Part shown: one piece after another, positions 9,346 through 18,061 of the stretch
Numbering within the stretch: position 1 is the stretch's first letter
Layout: the number at the start of each line of letters is the position of its first letter
Source: a virus
Lineage: Duplodnaviria; Caudoviricetes
Length of the DNA: 48,995 nucleotides
Strand: one strand, 5' to 3'
IMG/VR virus record: IMGVR_UViG_3300042366_000970
Location: 1-48,995 of that record
The notes under the pieces: model-generated
The model's database searches: none
Told to the model about the DNA's origin: nothing
The model's input: only the letters and a program-made list of their open reading frames with translations
Program-made: the position numbers and the translations under genes

Positions 9346-10240
9346 GCTTCACCTCGTCGGGAACCCAGAAAGACACGCATCGCATCGACGGGTTGATCGC
9401 CATCCGGGTGTTGCTTGGCCCGTCGTAGTGGTCGTCGCCTTTCTCGGCGGCCAGCGCTTTGAGGCTGCGATGCAGGCACACGTGCTCGCAGTCTTCGCCG
9501 CTGTATCGACCCTGCAGGAACCGCCGCCCGTCGTAGATCGCCAACTGGCCGAAGGCAGAGTTGACCTCGACCGGAGGCGAGCCAACTGCCGGGTGCCAAA
9601 GGTGAAACCAACTCTGATCGCGCCGCTGCCAGTGATTCAGACGCGCGGCGAAGGCGTCGTAGTGGATTGGCCCGGTGGATTGAAGTTGCTTGATCTCAGC
9701 CCATGAATAACTCGCCAGCCCGTACCACGAATGATCGAGCGTCATCCAGGCGACGCTGTTGGCCACGCCGTCCACGCTCCAGCCGCCCCACGCGTCGGTG
9801 TCGAACACGATCACGTAGTCGGGGTGTTCGCTGTTTCGCACAAACTGCTGGCAGGCAGTGCGGTACTCGGCGAGCGCGTGCGTCCGCACAGGCTCAGTCG
9901 TCGCGTTGAGATGCGGCCGCCCGTTGATGTTGATGCTCGCGTGCCGCTGCTGCCCGTCTTGCCACGCCGAGAGCACGTCCTTCGTGTCATCGGCCGAATC
10001 GTTTTCGTAGATGAAGCACGACCACTCGCGGAACATCGCGCCGGTCTCCTCGACCAGCCGCAACGTCTGCGGCAGAAACGGCATCGCGTTCCTGCAGATC
10101 GCCACTAGTGCCGCGCTCGCCTGCGAGGCCGCCTCGCGGCCCAGCCGCACCATATCCGCGTACTCCTCCGCGAACTCCGAGTCGGGAGGGAGCAACACGT
10201 CGGGCCGATGGGCCTGAAGCTCTTCAAGCGTGATCTGCAT
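9335..10240 (-). CDS. Glycosyltransferase (GT-A fold)
   Basis: ICRNA, IYENDSADDT, VIVFDTD (DxD), VNSAFGQLAIY, DCEHV. Confidence 0.8.
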   Translation of the reverse strand: MQITLEELQAHRPDVLLPPDSEFAEEYADMVRLGREAASQASAALVAICRNAMPFLPQTLRLVEETGAMFREWSCFIYENDSADDTKDVLSAWQDGQQRHASININGRPHLNATTEPVRTHALAEYRTACQQFVRNSEHPDYVIVFDTDAWGGWSVDGVANSVAWMTLDHSWYGLASYSWAEIKQLQSTGPIHYDAFAARLNHWQRRDQSWFHLWHPAVGSPPVEVNSAFGQLAIYDGRRFLQGRYSGEDCEHVCLHRSLKALAAEKGDDHYDGPSNTRMAINPSMRCVSFWVPDEVKRGG

Positions 10241-10937
10241 TTTTGTCTACCCGTGTCAGTGTCCATTCATTCACGGCGCGATCCCCGAGGTCGTCGGCCG
10301 TCACCGCGACGCGGTGGTGCTCGGCGTGCCATTCCGGCGACGGCACGTGTGTCCCTTTGTCGGCCCCGATGTTTTGGATGCGGCTCGCCGTCGGGAACGC
10401 CTCATACCGCCCTGCCCGCAGGCCGTGGTTGACGATCACGTCCCACGAGTGCGTGTCGTTCTCAGCCCAGCCGAGCGCGAGCCCTGGCCAGCGGTCACGC
10501 CACGTGGCCCAGCCCCACGGCGTGAACCACCGCCGCAGTCCGCACTGGTCGCGGAAGCCGTTCGAGATCCTCTGATAGCCGGAGACGTTCATCACGGCAG
10601 GGTCGTCCTTGAAGCGGTCGCGAGCCCAGGCAAACCACCGCAAGGCGTCGCGGGTAGGCACCGTGTCGTCCTCAAGGTGCACGTGGAAGTCGCTGCCCAT
10701 CCGCTCGAACCCGAACACCATCGCGTAGAGAATTGCCCGATTGCATCCGATCCGTTCGCCGTACCGCTCGACCGCGAAACCGTGCTCCGCGGCGACTGCG
10801 GCCTGCGACTCCGTCTCATCGCAGCGGTCGAGCATCACGACCACCCGACAATCGGCGACGCCGTCGCATCGACTCAGCGCGTCGAGCGTCTGGCGGAGAT
10901 AGTCTGGCCGGTTGTATGCGGAGACGGTGATGTTCAT
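10224..10937 (-). CDS. Glycosyltransferase (GT-A, GT2/GnT-I-like)
   Basis: SAYNRPDYLRQTLDAL, VHLEDD, PWGWATWRDRW, SRIQNIG. Confidence 0.85.
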   Translation of the reverse strand: MNITVSAYNRPDYLRQTLDALSRCDGVADCRVVVMLDRCDETESQAAVAAEHGFAVERYGERIGCNRAILYAMVFGFERMGSDFHVHLEDDTVPTRDALRWFAWARDRFKDDPAVMNVSGYQRISNGFRDQCGLRRWFTPWGWATWRDRWPGLALGWAENDTHSWDVIVNHGLRAGRYEAFPTASRIQNIGADKGTHVPSPEWHAEHHRVAVTADDLGDRAVNEWTLTRVDKNADHA

Positions 10938-11563
10938 TTGCGAATCCAGATCGCAGCTCCGTTGCGAACGTCGGAACTCGACCACTCAAGCCGCCACTCG
11001 GGATCGGTGGCCAATTCCGCGTGTGCCCGGTTGCACTTGTAAGCATGGAACACGTCGTCAAGCATCAAGCACCGGCAGCGTGACTTCGCGAGCCGGTAGT
11101 CGTCGTATCCGCTGAACTCGTCGCCATCGACAAGGATCACGTCGAACGCGTCCGCTGTCGTTTCCAGATAGCCCGGCCGCCCCTGGGCGTAATACGCCCG
11201 CGTGTCGATCCACCACGACTCGACAAGCTCGCGAGGGTAGAAGAGCCGGTTGTACGGCGACTCCCACACGTCGCGATTGAAGTCGTGCACCGTGAGCGAG
11301 TCGCGCGAGATGCTCGGCTGGCAAAGGCACTTGACCCACGGGTGGCCCGACGTGTGCATGAGGAGGTGCCGGTAACGCGTGGGGTCTGTTTCCAAGCAGA
11401 CCATGCGGGGATCGCCCGCGTGCCGCAGTGCCTCGATGAACACTTGCGTCGAGCCGAGGCCGTCGAAGCTGCCGATCTCCAAGACGGTCTCGAAGCCGTA
11501 GGCGCGGATCGTCTGCAGGATGGCTTGGCCGAACTTGTCGGCTACTGTGATTTCAGCAGGCAT
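10934..11563 (-). CDS. Class I SAM-dependent methyltransferase
   Basis: VLEIGSFDGLGS motif I; FDVILVDGD; LMLDD. Confidence 0.82.
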   Translation of the reverse strand: MPAEITVADKFGQAILQTIRAYGFETVLEIGSFDGLGSTQVFIEALRHAGDPRMVCLETDPTRYRHLLMHTSGHPWVKCLCQPSISRDSLTVHDFNRDVWESPYNRLFYPRELVESWWIDTRAYYAQGRPGYLETTADAFDVILVDGDEFSGYDDYRLAKSRCRCLMLDDVFHAYKCNRAHAELATDPEWRLEWSSSDVRNGAAIWIRK

Positions 11564-11961
11564 CAGAAAATCCGCACGGTGGTCCGTGCCTCCTGGCCCC
11601 ATGACCGTTCGATGATGTGCTTTCCGATTTGGCCATCGTCCTTGTAGGCAATCCCGTTCAGTGCGTCCTCAACCCCGCTCAGAATGTTCTTGTTGTCTCC
11701 ACGCGGAAGGTTTGGCTTCCCTGGACGAATCGTGCCGTCCTTCCGAAAGTGGCTCGGAGGTCGCACGAAAACCAAATCCAGAATCATCGTTAGCGGGGAT
11801 TCCGTTGTAGGCGTTGCGCCAGCCTCCCGGGCCGCCTTGGCTATGTTTGCCCGATACTCAACGATCCCGTTGTCCGGGTAGTAGGTGTGCCCGGTGCGTG
11901 TAGTCCGCTGCCTTGGCTGCGGCACGGGCTGCCCTGGCACGCTGAACGTGATCGGATTCAC
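11563..11961 (-). CDS. rusA: RusA-family Holliday junction resolvase
   Basis: FSVPGQPVPQPRQR, GDNKNILSGVEDALNGIAYKDDGQI. Confidence 0.88.
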   Translation of the reverse strand: MNPITFSVPGQPVPQPRQRTTRTGHTYYPDNGIVEYRANIAKAAREAGATPTTESPLTMILDLVFVRPPSHFRKDGTIRPGKPNLPRGDNKNILSGVEDALNGIAYKDDGQIGKHIIERSWGQEARTTVRIF

Positions 11962-12122
11962 TGCGGCAACTCCACGCCTTGAAGGCTCGCCTCGTCGTGC
12001 GCGACGCGGAGGATCGTCTCCAGCTCGTGCCGCACGATCGCCGACGGGTTGCCGTGCTCTAGGCGATTGCGGATCGCCAAGAGCACCTGCGCGAGCACGG
12101 CGGCTAATGCGTCTTGTTCCAT
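11958..12122 (-). CDS. 54-aa leaderless hypothetical protein (not in ORF track)
   Basis: MEQDALAAVLAQVLLAIRNRLEHGNP...; ATG 6 nt after class II -10; stop overlaps the rusA GTG. Confidence 0.6.
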   Translation of the reverse strand: MEQDALAAVLAQVLLAIRNRLEHGNPSAIVRHELETILRVAHDEASLQGVELPQ

Positions 12123-12886
12123 GCCGCCACGGTAGAAGTGGCGTCAAGTTCCGCGCCGACGACGGACAGGATCCACTCGCGGTACAGACTCACCCGCGTG
12201 TGCCCGCTCTCCTCGCCGGTGCCGCTACGGAGTTTGCCCGTGCCAGCGTCTCGCGACGTGAACGAGTTGATGCCCGCGAGTCGCCCGCCCACAAACAGCG
12301 GCCCGCCGCTGCAGCCTGGAGCGATGCAATATTCGAGGGGCGACGATCCGGGCTTCGCGAGGCAGACGATCACCGCCCGCTCGAATCGCTCGATCGTGTT
12401 CGTGCCCGCCCGTAGGCGGCCGTCGGTGTGCGTGTGGCCCGTCGAGAGCCGCCCCGTGATGCCCCAGCCCGCGATGCTGACGACCTCGCCGACCTCTTCG
12501 CCACCATCGCAGAGAGGCGGGTAGAAGCCCAGCCCGAACGCCTCGCCGGTCCGCAAGATCGCGATATCGGCCACGCCCAGGTTGGTGTCTTGCCAATCGC
12601 CGTGCACCCAGACCTGACGGACCGGCACGGTCTTGTTGCCGCTGGCCAGCGTGCACGAGGCGATGTCGGCGGCGACGTGGGCGGCCGTCAGAGCGTAGTG
12701 CGGAGCGATCGCGACCGCCGAGGCCGTCATCAACCGTCCGCTCGGGTCGCGGGCAACGAGCCGCAACGTGTACGGCGCGAAGCCCGTCGCGTAGTCGAGA
12801 TAGCGGGCGTCGGGGATAGCGTCGTCGGTGGTGCCCGCAAGCACCGACGACGCCAAGCACAAAAACAGGATAAAGCCCCAACGCAT
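12104..12886 (-). CDS. Secreted trypsin-like (S1) serine protease
   Basis: Signal peptide MRWGFILFLCLASSVLA; LTAAHV, DIAIL, GCSGGP. Confidence 0.85.
   Translation of the reverse strand: MRWGFILFLCLASSVLAGTTDDAIPDARYLDYATGFAPYTLRLVARDPSGRLMTASAVAIAPHYALTAAHVAADIASCTLASGNKTVPVRQVWVHGDWQDTNLGVADIAILRTGEAFGLGFYPPLCDGGEEVGEVVSIAGWGITGRLSTGHTHTDGRLRAGTNTIERFERAVIVCLAKPGSSPLEYCIAPGCSGGPLFVGGRLAGINSFTSRDAGTGKLRSGTGEESGHTRVSLYREWILSVVGAELDATSTVAAWNKTH
12129..12148 (-). promoter_or_regulatory. Class II promoter CTTGAC-N8-TACCGT
   Basis: Repeated motif; ATG 6 nt downstream. Confidence 0.65.
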
Positions 12887-12892
12887 AAACGC

Positions 12893-12922
12893 ATCCTGCC
12901 ACCGGCAGCCGCGACTCTTGCA
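12893..12922 (-). promoter_or_regulatory. Class I promoter TGCAAG-N18-CAGGAT
   Basis: Repeated motif; protease ATG 6 nt downstream. Confidence 0.65.
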
Positions 12923-12927
12923 GGATT

Positions 12928-13332
12928 TCAGTCGGGCGCAGGCTCCCAATCGCCGTAACGATTGCGGCGAAACTGCCGGATGTCGGTGAAGCCCAACGAC
13001 CGGGCCAGCACCACACACTCCGGCGAAAACACAGCCACGGCTTTCGTCGCGTCGAGATAGCCGTTGGCGATCAAGACCAGCGCCCCGATGCGGGCGAAGC
13101 CGCGGCGACGGTGGAGCGGATCCACGAAGCCCTCGATTGTCTGCAGGCTTCGCCAGATGTGAGTCGCCACCCAGCCGAGCGGCTCGGGGCCGTAGATCAC
13201 AACCATCGGCGTCTCAGACTCGCAGCGGACAAACTCCTGCTGCATCTCGCTGCCGACGCGACAGAGGTGCTTCGCCATGAATTCGGCGTCCTCCGGCTCC
13301 AGCGTCAGCGGTGATTCGGTCGCGATGAACAT
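12928..13332 (-). CDS. GNAT-like acetyltransferase
   Basis: FVDPLHRRRGFARIG acetyl-CoA motif A; LARSLGF. Confidence 0.7.
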   Translation of the reverse strand: MFIATESPLTLEPEDAEFMAKHLCRVGSEMQQEFVRCESETPMVVIYGPEPLGWVATHIWRSLQTIEGFVDPLHRRRGFARIGALVLIANGYLDATKAVAVFSPECVVLARSLGFTDIRQFRRNRYGDWEPAPD

Positions 13333-13339
13333 GGGCGGC

Positions 13340-13359
13340 ATCTTGGCTATCGCGTCAAG
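13340..13359 (-). promoter_or_regulatory. Class II promoter CTTGAC-N8-CAAGAT
   Basis: Repeated motif; ATG 7 nt downstream. Confidence 0.62.
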
Positions 13360-13397
13360 CGCCGGGCGGTGCCGCGTGATCAGACACCGCCCGGCGC
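13359..13397. terminator. 13-bp perfect inverted repeat after 13408-13710
   Basis: GCGCCGGGCGGTG-N13-CACCGCCCGGCGC; only a weak U tract. Confidence 0.5.
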
Positions 13398-13407
13398 GAC
13401 GCTCCGC

Positions 13408-13710
13408 TCACTCGTAGCGGATGACCGCGAACCACGCGCGTCGAACTGGCGACCACGCAACTCCCTTCTCGACTATGCGATAGCGACCGTAGTAGCAGCA
13501 GTTCCGCTCTGCCGCCTGCGGAGTCGGTCCGAAGCCGATCCCCTCCCTTCGGCCGCCGTTCCGGCCGCAGTGCCGCAGGATCCCGGTGCGGGCCATCTCT
13601 TCCGCATCCTCCTGGGCCGACGAGATGAACACGCGGCGAGCGTAGACGTTCGTGTCGGCCACGACAGCCGAGGCACAGATCGCGAGAAGCATCGTCAGGA
13701 CAAAACGCAT
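13408..13710 (-). CDS. Small secreted protein, minimal CAP/SCP-like
   Basis: Signal peptide; AQxxAEEMA...RH...EGIG...CCY...GVA...WFAV. Confidence 0.6.
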   Translation of the reverse strand: MRFVLTMLLAICASAVVADTNVYARRVFISSAQEDAEEMARTGILRHCGRNGGRREGIGFGPTPQAAERNCCYYGRYRIVEKGVAWSPVRRAWFAVIRYE

Positions 13711-13762
13711 AGGTCACTCTCCTTAGTGAAAACGCCGCCGATCCGCTGGCGGCCGTGGCGGG

Positions 13763-13782
13763 ATGTTCGCAAGTCCGTCAAG
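13763..13782 (-). promoter_or_regulatory. Class II promoter CTTGAC-N8-GAACAT
   Basis: Repeated motif in an intergenic gap. Confidence 0.5.
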
Positions 13783-13785
13783 CGA

Positions 13786-14028
13786 TCAACGCAGCGCCCG
13801 CATCGCGGCGAGGTGCCGTTCGCGGACTTCTAGCTTGCGCTGCTCGATCTCGTCTGGTGTGGGATCGATCTCCACGCGTGCGAACCGCGACCGCCGTGGC
13901 GGCAGCTTGTGTCGCTGCCGCCACGAACGGATCGCGGTCCGAGACACGCCGAAGTGCTCGGCGATTTCATCCATCGTCACACCGTCAGACCACAACCGAA
14001 ACAACTCTGGCACGTCAGGGCAAGTCAT
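13786..14028 (-). CDS. Small HTH protein
   Basis: GVTMDEIAEHFGVSRTAIRSW. Confidence 0.78.
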   Translation of the reverse strand: MTCPDVPELFRLWSDGVTMDEIAEHFGVSRTAIRSWRQRHKLPPRRSRFARVEIDPTPDEIEQRKLEVRERHLAAMRALR

Positions 14029-15149
14029 CAGTCATTCGCCAGTGGGGCGATCACTCCTGTGAAGTCTTCGGAACGGAACACAACCGAATCGCCAGCGCCC
14101 TTTGCTTGGATGCTGACCGTGGGCTCGCCGTCGGCGGGCAACCCTTCGAGAAACTCAAGCACGAAGCCCGGGTCGAGTTTCACGGTGCACTCGTGGCCGA
14201 ACTCCACGATCGGGCACGTGACGCTCGACTCGCCCACGCCGCTCGACTGCCCGTGCAGCCGGAGGCCGTCAGGGGAGAACGTGAAATCCACGCCGCGGCT
14301 GGCCTCGCTCGTGCAGATGGCCGCGGCCGTGGTCGCCGCCATCAACTCGCTGATGAGCACCGTCGTCGGCTCCGTGTCGTGCGACGGCACCGCGTCACGC
14401 CAACGCGGAAACCGCCCTTCGATCAGCCGGGCCGCCACGCGGATCCCGGGGGTGGTGGCCACCAGTTCGGACGCGTTGGCGTCGATCTGCACGGCCTCCT
14501 CGCCGGAGCCGCTCACGATCTTCGCCAGGATGTGCAGCGCCCGGGCGGGCACCAGCGTCTCGGAGTCATCGACCGCGAGGTCGTGCTCCATCTCGACAAT
14601 CGAAATGCGGCGGCCGTCCGTCGCGACGAAGTGCACGACGCCGTCGTTCACCTCGATCTGCACGGCCGACAGGGCAAACCGCGTGCTCTCGTCGTCGTGG
14701 GCGTAGACCACGCCGTTGACCGCGCGGCGGAACTGGTCCGTCGGCAGCCGTGTGATCGACGGGGCATCCGGCATCTCGCCCGCCGGGTACTCCGCGGCGT
14801 CTTCGGTCGGCAGCACCCAGGTGCCCGTCTGCGTGGCGATCTTGCACGAGTTGCCGCTGCTGGTGATCTGCAACTCCTCGCACGTGATCGCCCGCAGAAT
14901 CGCATCCAGCCGGTTGAACGGCAGGAGCAGGGCCGGTCCGTCGAACCCGGGGAGGTCCGCGTCGATCCGCAGTTCGCCGTCCGAGGCGGTCAGCAGGCCG
15001 TCGGCCAGCCGCACGCTTTGCAGGATCGCCCGCGGCGACCTCTTAGGGACGGCGTCCTTTACCGTGGCCAACGCCTTCCGCAGCGTCGCGACGTTCAACA
15101 CCATGCCAGTAGGCGAACTCCGTCGCTTTCTTTCGGCTATCGCTGTCAT
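14028..15149 (-). CDS. dnaN: DNA polymerase III beta subunit (sliding clamp)
   Basis: ILQSV...LTASDGE, ATDGRRI, RLIEGRFPRW; length about 370 aa. Confidence 0.93.
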   Translation of the reverse strand: MTAIAERKRRSSPTGMVLNVATLRKALATVKDAVPKRSPRAILQSVRLADGLLTASDGELRIDADLPGFDGPALLLPFNRLDAILRAITCEELQITSSGNSCKIATQTGTWVLPTEDAAEYPAGEMPDAPSITRLPTDQFRRAVNGVVYAHDDESTRFALSAVQIEVNDGVVHFVATDGRRISIVEMEHDLAVDDSETLVPARALHILAKIVSGSGEEAVQIDANASELVATTPGIRVAARLIEGRFPRWRDAVPSHDTEPTTVLISELMAATTAAAICTSEASRGVDFTFSPDGLRLHGQSSGVGESSVTCPIVEFGHECTVKLDPGFVLEFLEGLPADGEPTVSIQAKGAGDSVVFRSEDFTGVIAPLAND

Positions 15150-15258
15150 TTCTCAAGTCCTTTCGAGAGAGTGAGACACCAACCATCACCCCCACGGCGA
15201 ACGTCGCCGCGTGGAGAATTGCACCGAGCGAGACACAGACCCACGCTTCAATGGTCAC
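15043..15258 (-). CDS. Small membrane protein
   Basis: N-terminal TM segment; overlaps the dnaN start. Confidence 0.45.
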   Translation of the reverse strand: MTIEAWVCVSLGAILHAATFAVGVMVGVSLSRKDLRNDSDSRKKATEFAYWHGVERRDAAEGVGHGKGRRP

Positions 15259-15439
15259 TGTGGGCCTCCATTCGCTCTATGGCGGCCGCGAGCACTCCGA
15301 TGCGGTCTCGGTAGGTCTCCAGCCGCAAAGCCGCCATGCGCAAAACCAGAGCCGTGTCGAGCGATGTACGCTCGTCCAATGCGTGCCGGTCGCACAGGTC
15401 GATGATCTCGTTCACGTCAACGGGGCGGTGCATGGTCAT
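15248..15439 (-). CDS. Hypothetical protein (63 aa)
   Basis: ATGA-coupled to the LexA-like gene. Confidence 0.55.
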   Translation of the reverse strand: MTMHRPVDVNEIIDLCDRHALDERTSLDTALVLRMAALRLETYRDRIGVLAAAIERMEAHSDH

Positions 15440-15672
15440 AGCGCGGCCTCCGTGGGGCGGATCGTTCGGGAGGCGTTCGGCTCCCAGGTCACAAGCCCGT
15501 AGGTCTTGAGCCGCTTGAGGTGCACCGACGCCGAGTTGGGGCTTGTCCAACCGAACCGGGCGCACACCTCGCGAAACGTCAGCCCGTAGCCGCGTGCCTC
15601 AAATTCGTCGCGGATGAAGTCAAAGACCTCCCGCTGCCTGTCCGTGATCTTGCGTTCCGCATCAACCGTCAC
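15436..15672 (-). CDS. LexA-type DNA-binding domain only (no S24 peptidase)
   Basis: ITDRQREVFDFI...TFREVCARFGWTSPNSASVHLKRL...G...RTIR. Confidence 0.85.
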   Translation of the reverse strand: MTVDAERKITDRQREVFDFIRDEFEARGYGLTFREVCARFGWTSPNSASVHLKRLKTYGLVTWEPNASRTIRPTEAAL

Positions 15673-16303
15673 TGCGCACCTCCTCCGTGAGTGTGTTCAC
15701 CTGTTCAACCGGGGAAGCCGCGCGGCCGTCCCCCTCCTCGCCCGACAGAGTGCCGGGGGTGCCCCCGCCGGGCGGTTCCGAACCGCCCCGGCAGGGGGCT
15801 GATTTACCCTGTATCTCTCTCTTGGTAATTACTGAATTACCAAGAGAGATACTTGATAAGCGCACACGAGCCGTGTGCGCTCCGTACACCGCTCGTGTGC
15901 GCTGCGCACACCGCTCGTGTGCGCTCCGTACACCGCTCGTGTGCGCCCCCGTACACGGCTCGTGTGCGCCCCGTACACCGCTCGTGTGCGCCCCAATGGT
16001 GGGGAGAATCTCGTATTGCCTTCTGGACGACCGTCCATCGGCGGGCAGTTCGGCGAGGGCTCCGGCCTCGACCAGTTGCCGCACACCACGCATCGCGGCG
16101 TTGGGCTGTACGCCCAGCATCTTGGCCGCGCCGCGGAAGCTGAACGACACGGTGCACTTGTCGAAACTCGCCCAATAGAGGGCGTAGCAGAGCATTAGAC
16201 GCCCCTCGCTCCGCAGCCGGGCCACTATGCCCGCCTCGATCAAAGCCCGGTGGCGGCGGCGGAGTTCGCCCTTCGCGGACGGGTCTCTCTTTTTCTCAGC
16301 CAT
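15662..16303 (-). CDS. Replication initiator-like wHTH protein carrying internal iterons
   Basis: SFRGAAKMLGV...VRQLVEAGAL wHTH followed by DNA-level tandem repeats. Confidence 0.7.
   Translation of the reverse strand: MAEKKRDPSAKGELRRRHRALIEAGIVARLRSEGRLMLCYALYWASFDKCTVSFSFRGAAKMLGVQPNAAMRGVRQLVEAGALAELPADGRSSRRQYEILPTIGAHTSGVRGAHEPCTGAHTSGVRSAHERCAQRTRAVYGAHTARVRLSSISLGNSVITKREIQGKSAPCRGGSEPPGGGTPGTLSGEEGDGRAASPVEQVNTLTEEVRSDG
15811..15852. repeat. AT-rich inverted repeat next to iterons
   Basis: TCTCTCTTGGTAATT-ACTG-AATTACCAAGAGAGA, 15-bp perfect arms. Confidence 0.8.
15860..15992. repeat. Six tandem 22-bp iterons (putative origin)
   Basis: Consensus CCGTACACCGCTCGTGTGCGCY; units start at 15860, 15882, 15904, 15926, 15949 and 15971. 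Confidence 0.88.
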
Positions 16304-18050
16304 TGCCAGCCCCCCAGGAGACGTTTGAGAACTCCGGGTACTCGGCGGCTACGTTCTCCTCGAACGTCTGGTACTGCCCGTGGAACCACAACTCCACGTC
16401 GTTCCGCTGGCCCTGCCGAAGCTTCTTGCAGTGCCACTTCACGAGCACCTCGCCTTCGCCGCCGACCTCTGGCGTCCGCTCGCCGAACAGAAAGTTGTCC
16501 ACGTCGAAATCAATCTGGTTCGACCCCTTGCCGATGTTCCCGATCTCGGTGCTGCTATCGACGCCCTTCGCGATGTTGGTGACCAGCAGACACGCGAGGT
16601 TTCGAGTGTTCGTGATCTCGCGGAGTTTCTGCAGAACTTCGTTGATCTCGGTCGTTTTGTCTGGGTAAGACCGCGTGCTGCGCACGAGTTGGAGGTAGTC
16701 CACGATCAGAAGTTTCACGCCGTCCTTTTCGACGGCCCGTTCGATGCGGTCGATGATGAGCGGCGGTTCGATGAGCTTGAGCCGGTCGCCGATTGAGTTG
16801 GCGAGGTCGGCTCCGATCTGCCGCGAGCCGTCTGCCTTCTTGATGATTTGCTGGAGCGTCAGGCCGTTGGCCTCGCCGCCCCACAAAGTGATCGCACGGG
16901 CCGCAAGCGCCGCCCGCGTCATCTCGCCCAGGCACCACGCCGCCACGAGGTCGCCCTGACTCTTCAGGGCCGACAGGGCGAGTTGCAGCGCGAGGGCAGA
17001 CTTGCCGACGCCGGGGGCCGCCGCGACCGCAGTCATCTGCCCCAGCGGCAGCCCGCCGTCAAAGAGCCGGTCGAGGGATGTGATGCCGGTCGCCAGCGCC
17101 GGGGTCTCTTCCTGCCGCACCCAGGCGTCGATCGCGTCCACCAGCGTCGGCGTTTTCGTCTCGGTCTCGGCGTCGGCCACCGGGTGGGCCTCTTCGGCCG
17201 GGCCTAGCACGGGGAGCCGCTGCCGCTTCCACGCGTTCGCGATCTGTCGCGGGCAGTCGTCAAGGTCGTCCTGGCGGAGGCCGACCGACCGCATCCGGCG
17301 CATGATCAGCGTCGTGGCCTCGGCAACGCTCCACCCCCGGGCTGCGAGGTCGCAGGCCACGCAAAACATCGTCTGCCGCCGCCCGGCGGTCATCACGTAG
17401 CCCTCTTCGAGGAACCGACGCGAGAGTTCGCTCAAGCTCTTCGGCGCAACCACGATCGACTGCGCGGCCTGCCGCTGGAACCGCTTCAGGTCGTAGACCC
17501 TTGTCGGGTCGCAGTCTTTGAGAACCGCCAGCGGTCGCTGCTCGTGCTTCCAATTCACGAAGCCCGGTAAACGCATAATCCGTGGCCAATCGCACACGCT
17601 TTGATCGGAGCCGAGAGCACCGGCCAGTGCCTTCATCCGCTCGTGCCACGCATCCGCGTCCGTCATCGGCTGCGAGAGCCGCCACCACGCGTGCACGCCG
17701 CCGCCGCTCTCTAGGATCGCCGTCGGCCACGGGAGGTCGGCGGCCTTTATCCTCGCGTAGGCGTCTTCGAGCACGATCCCGCCGTCGAAATCGGCGAACA
17801 GGCAGCGGGCCAGGGCGACGCCTTCGGCTTGGCTGGAGCCCTTCGCCTTCCTCGGGTTCGCCCCGAAGTAACTGTGCACCCGAAGGTGGTCGTCGCTGTT
17901 GAGCCTTTCCAGCCACTCAACGATGTCGGGGATCTCGGTGAGCGTAGACCACCGACGGCCAGCCGCGGGGGGCAGCGGCCTGAACTCGATGATGTCGTCG
18001 GGCTCGAAGATCGAGCCCAGGAAATCGATGCACTGGGAGAGAGCGTCCAT
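16296..18050 (-). CDS. Primase-helicase: RepB-type AEP primase fused to DnaB-like helicase
   Basis: LFADFD, SGGGVHAWW, RIMRLPGFVN; AAPGVGKS Walker A, LLIVDYLQL Walker B. Confidence 0.9.
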   Translation of the reverse strand: MDALSQCIDFLGSIFEPDDIIEFRPLPPAAGRRWSTLTEIPDIVEWLERLNSDDHLRVHSYFGANPRKAKGSSQAEGVALARCLFADFDGGIVLEDAYARIKAADLPWPTAILESGGGVHAWWRLSQPMTDADAWHERMKALAGALGSDQSVCDWPRIMRLPGFVNWKHEQRPLAVLKDCDPTRVYDLKRFQRQAAQSIVVAPKSLSELSRRFLEEGYVMTAGRRQTMFCVACDLAARGWSVAEATTLIMRRMRSVGLRQDDLDDCPRQIANAWKRQRLPVLGPAEEAHPVADAETETKTPTLVDAIDAWVRQEETPALATGITSLDRLFDGGLPLGQMTAVAAAPGVGKSALALQLALSALKSQGDLVAAWCLGEMTRAALAARAITLWGGEANGLTLQQIIKKADGSRQIGADLANSIGDRLKLIEPPLIIDRIERAVEKDGVKLLIVDYLQLVRSTRSYPDKTTEINEVLQKLREITNTRNLACLLVTNIAKGVDSSTEIGNIGKGSNQIDFDVDNFLFGERTPEVGGEGEVLVKWHCKKLRQGQRNDVELWFHGQYQTFEENVAAEYPEFSNVSWGAGNG

Positions 18051-18061
18051 GCTGTTGCCTT

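Noticed and set aside
13755-15314. 519-aa + strand ORF
   Set aside because: Antisense shadow of dnaN; Arg/His-rich composition typical of non-coding frames
15860-15992. Possible CRISPR array
   Set aside because: Repeats are contiguous with no unique spacers and there are no cas genes
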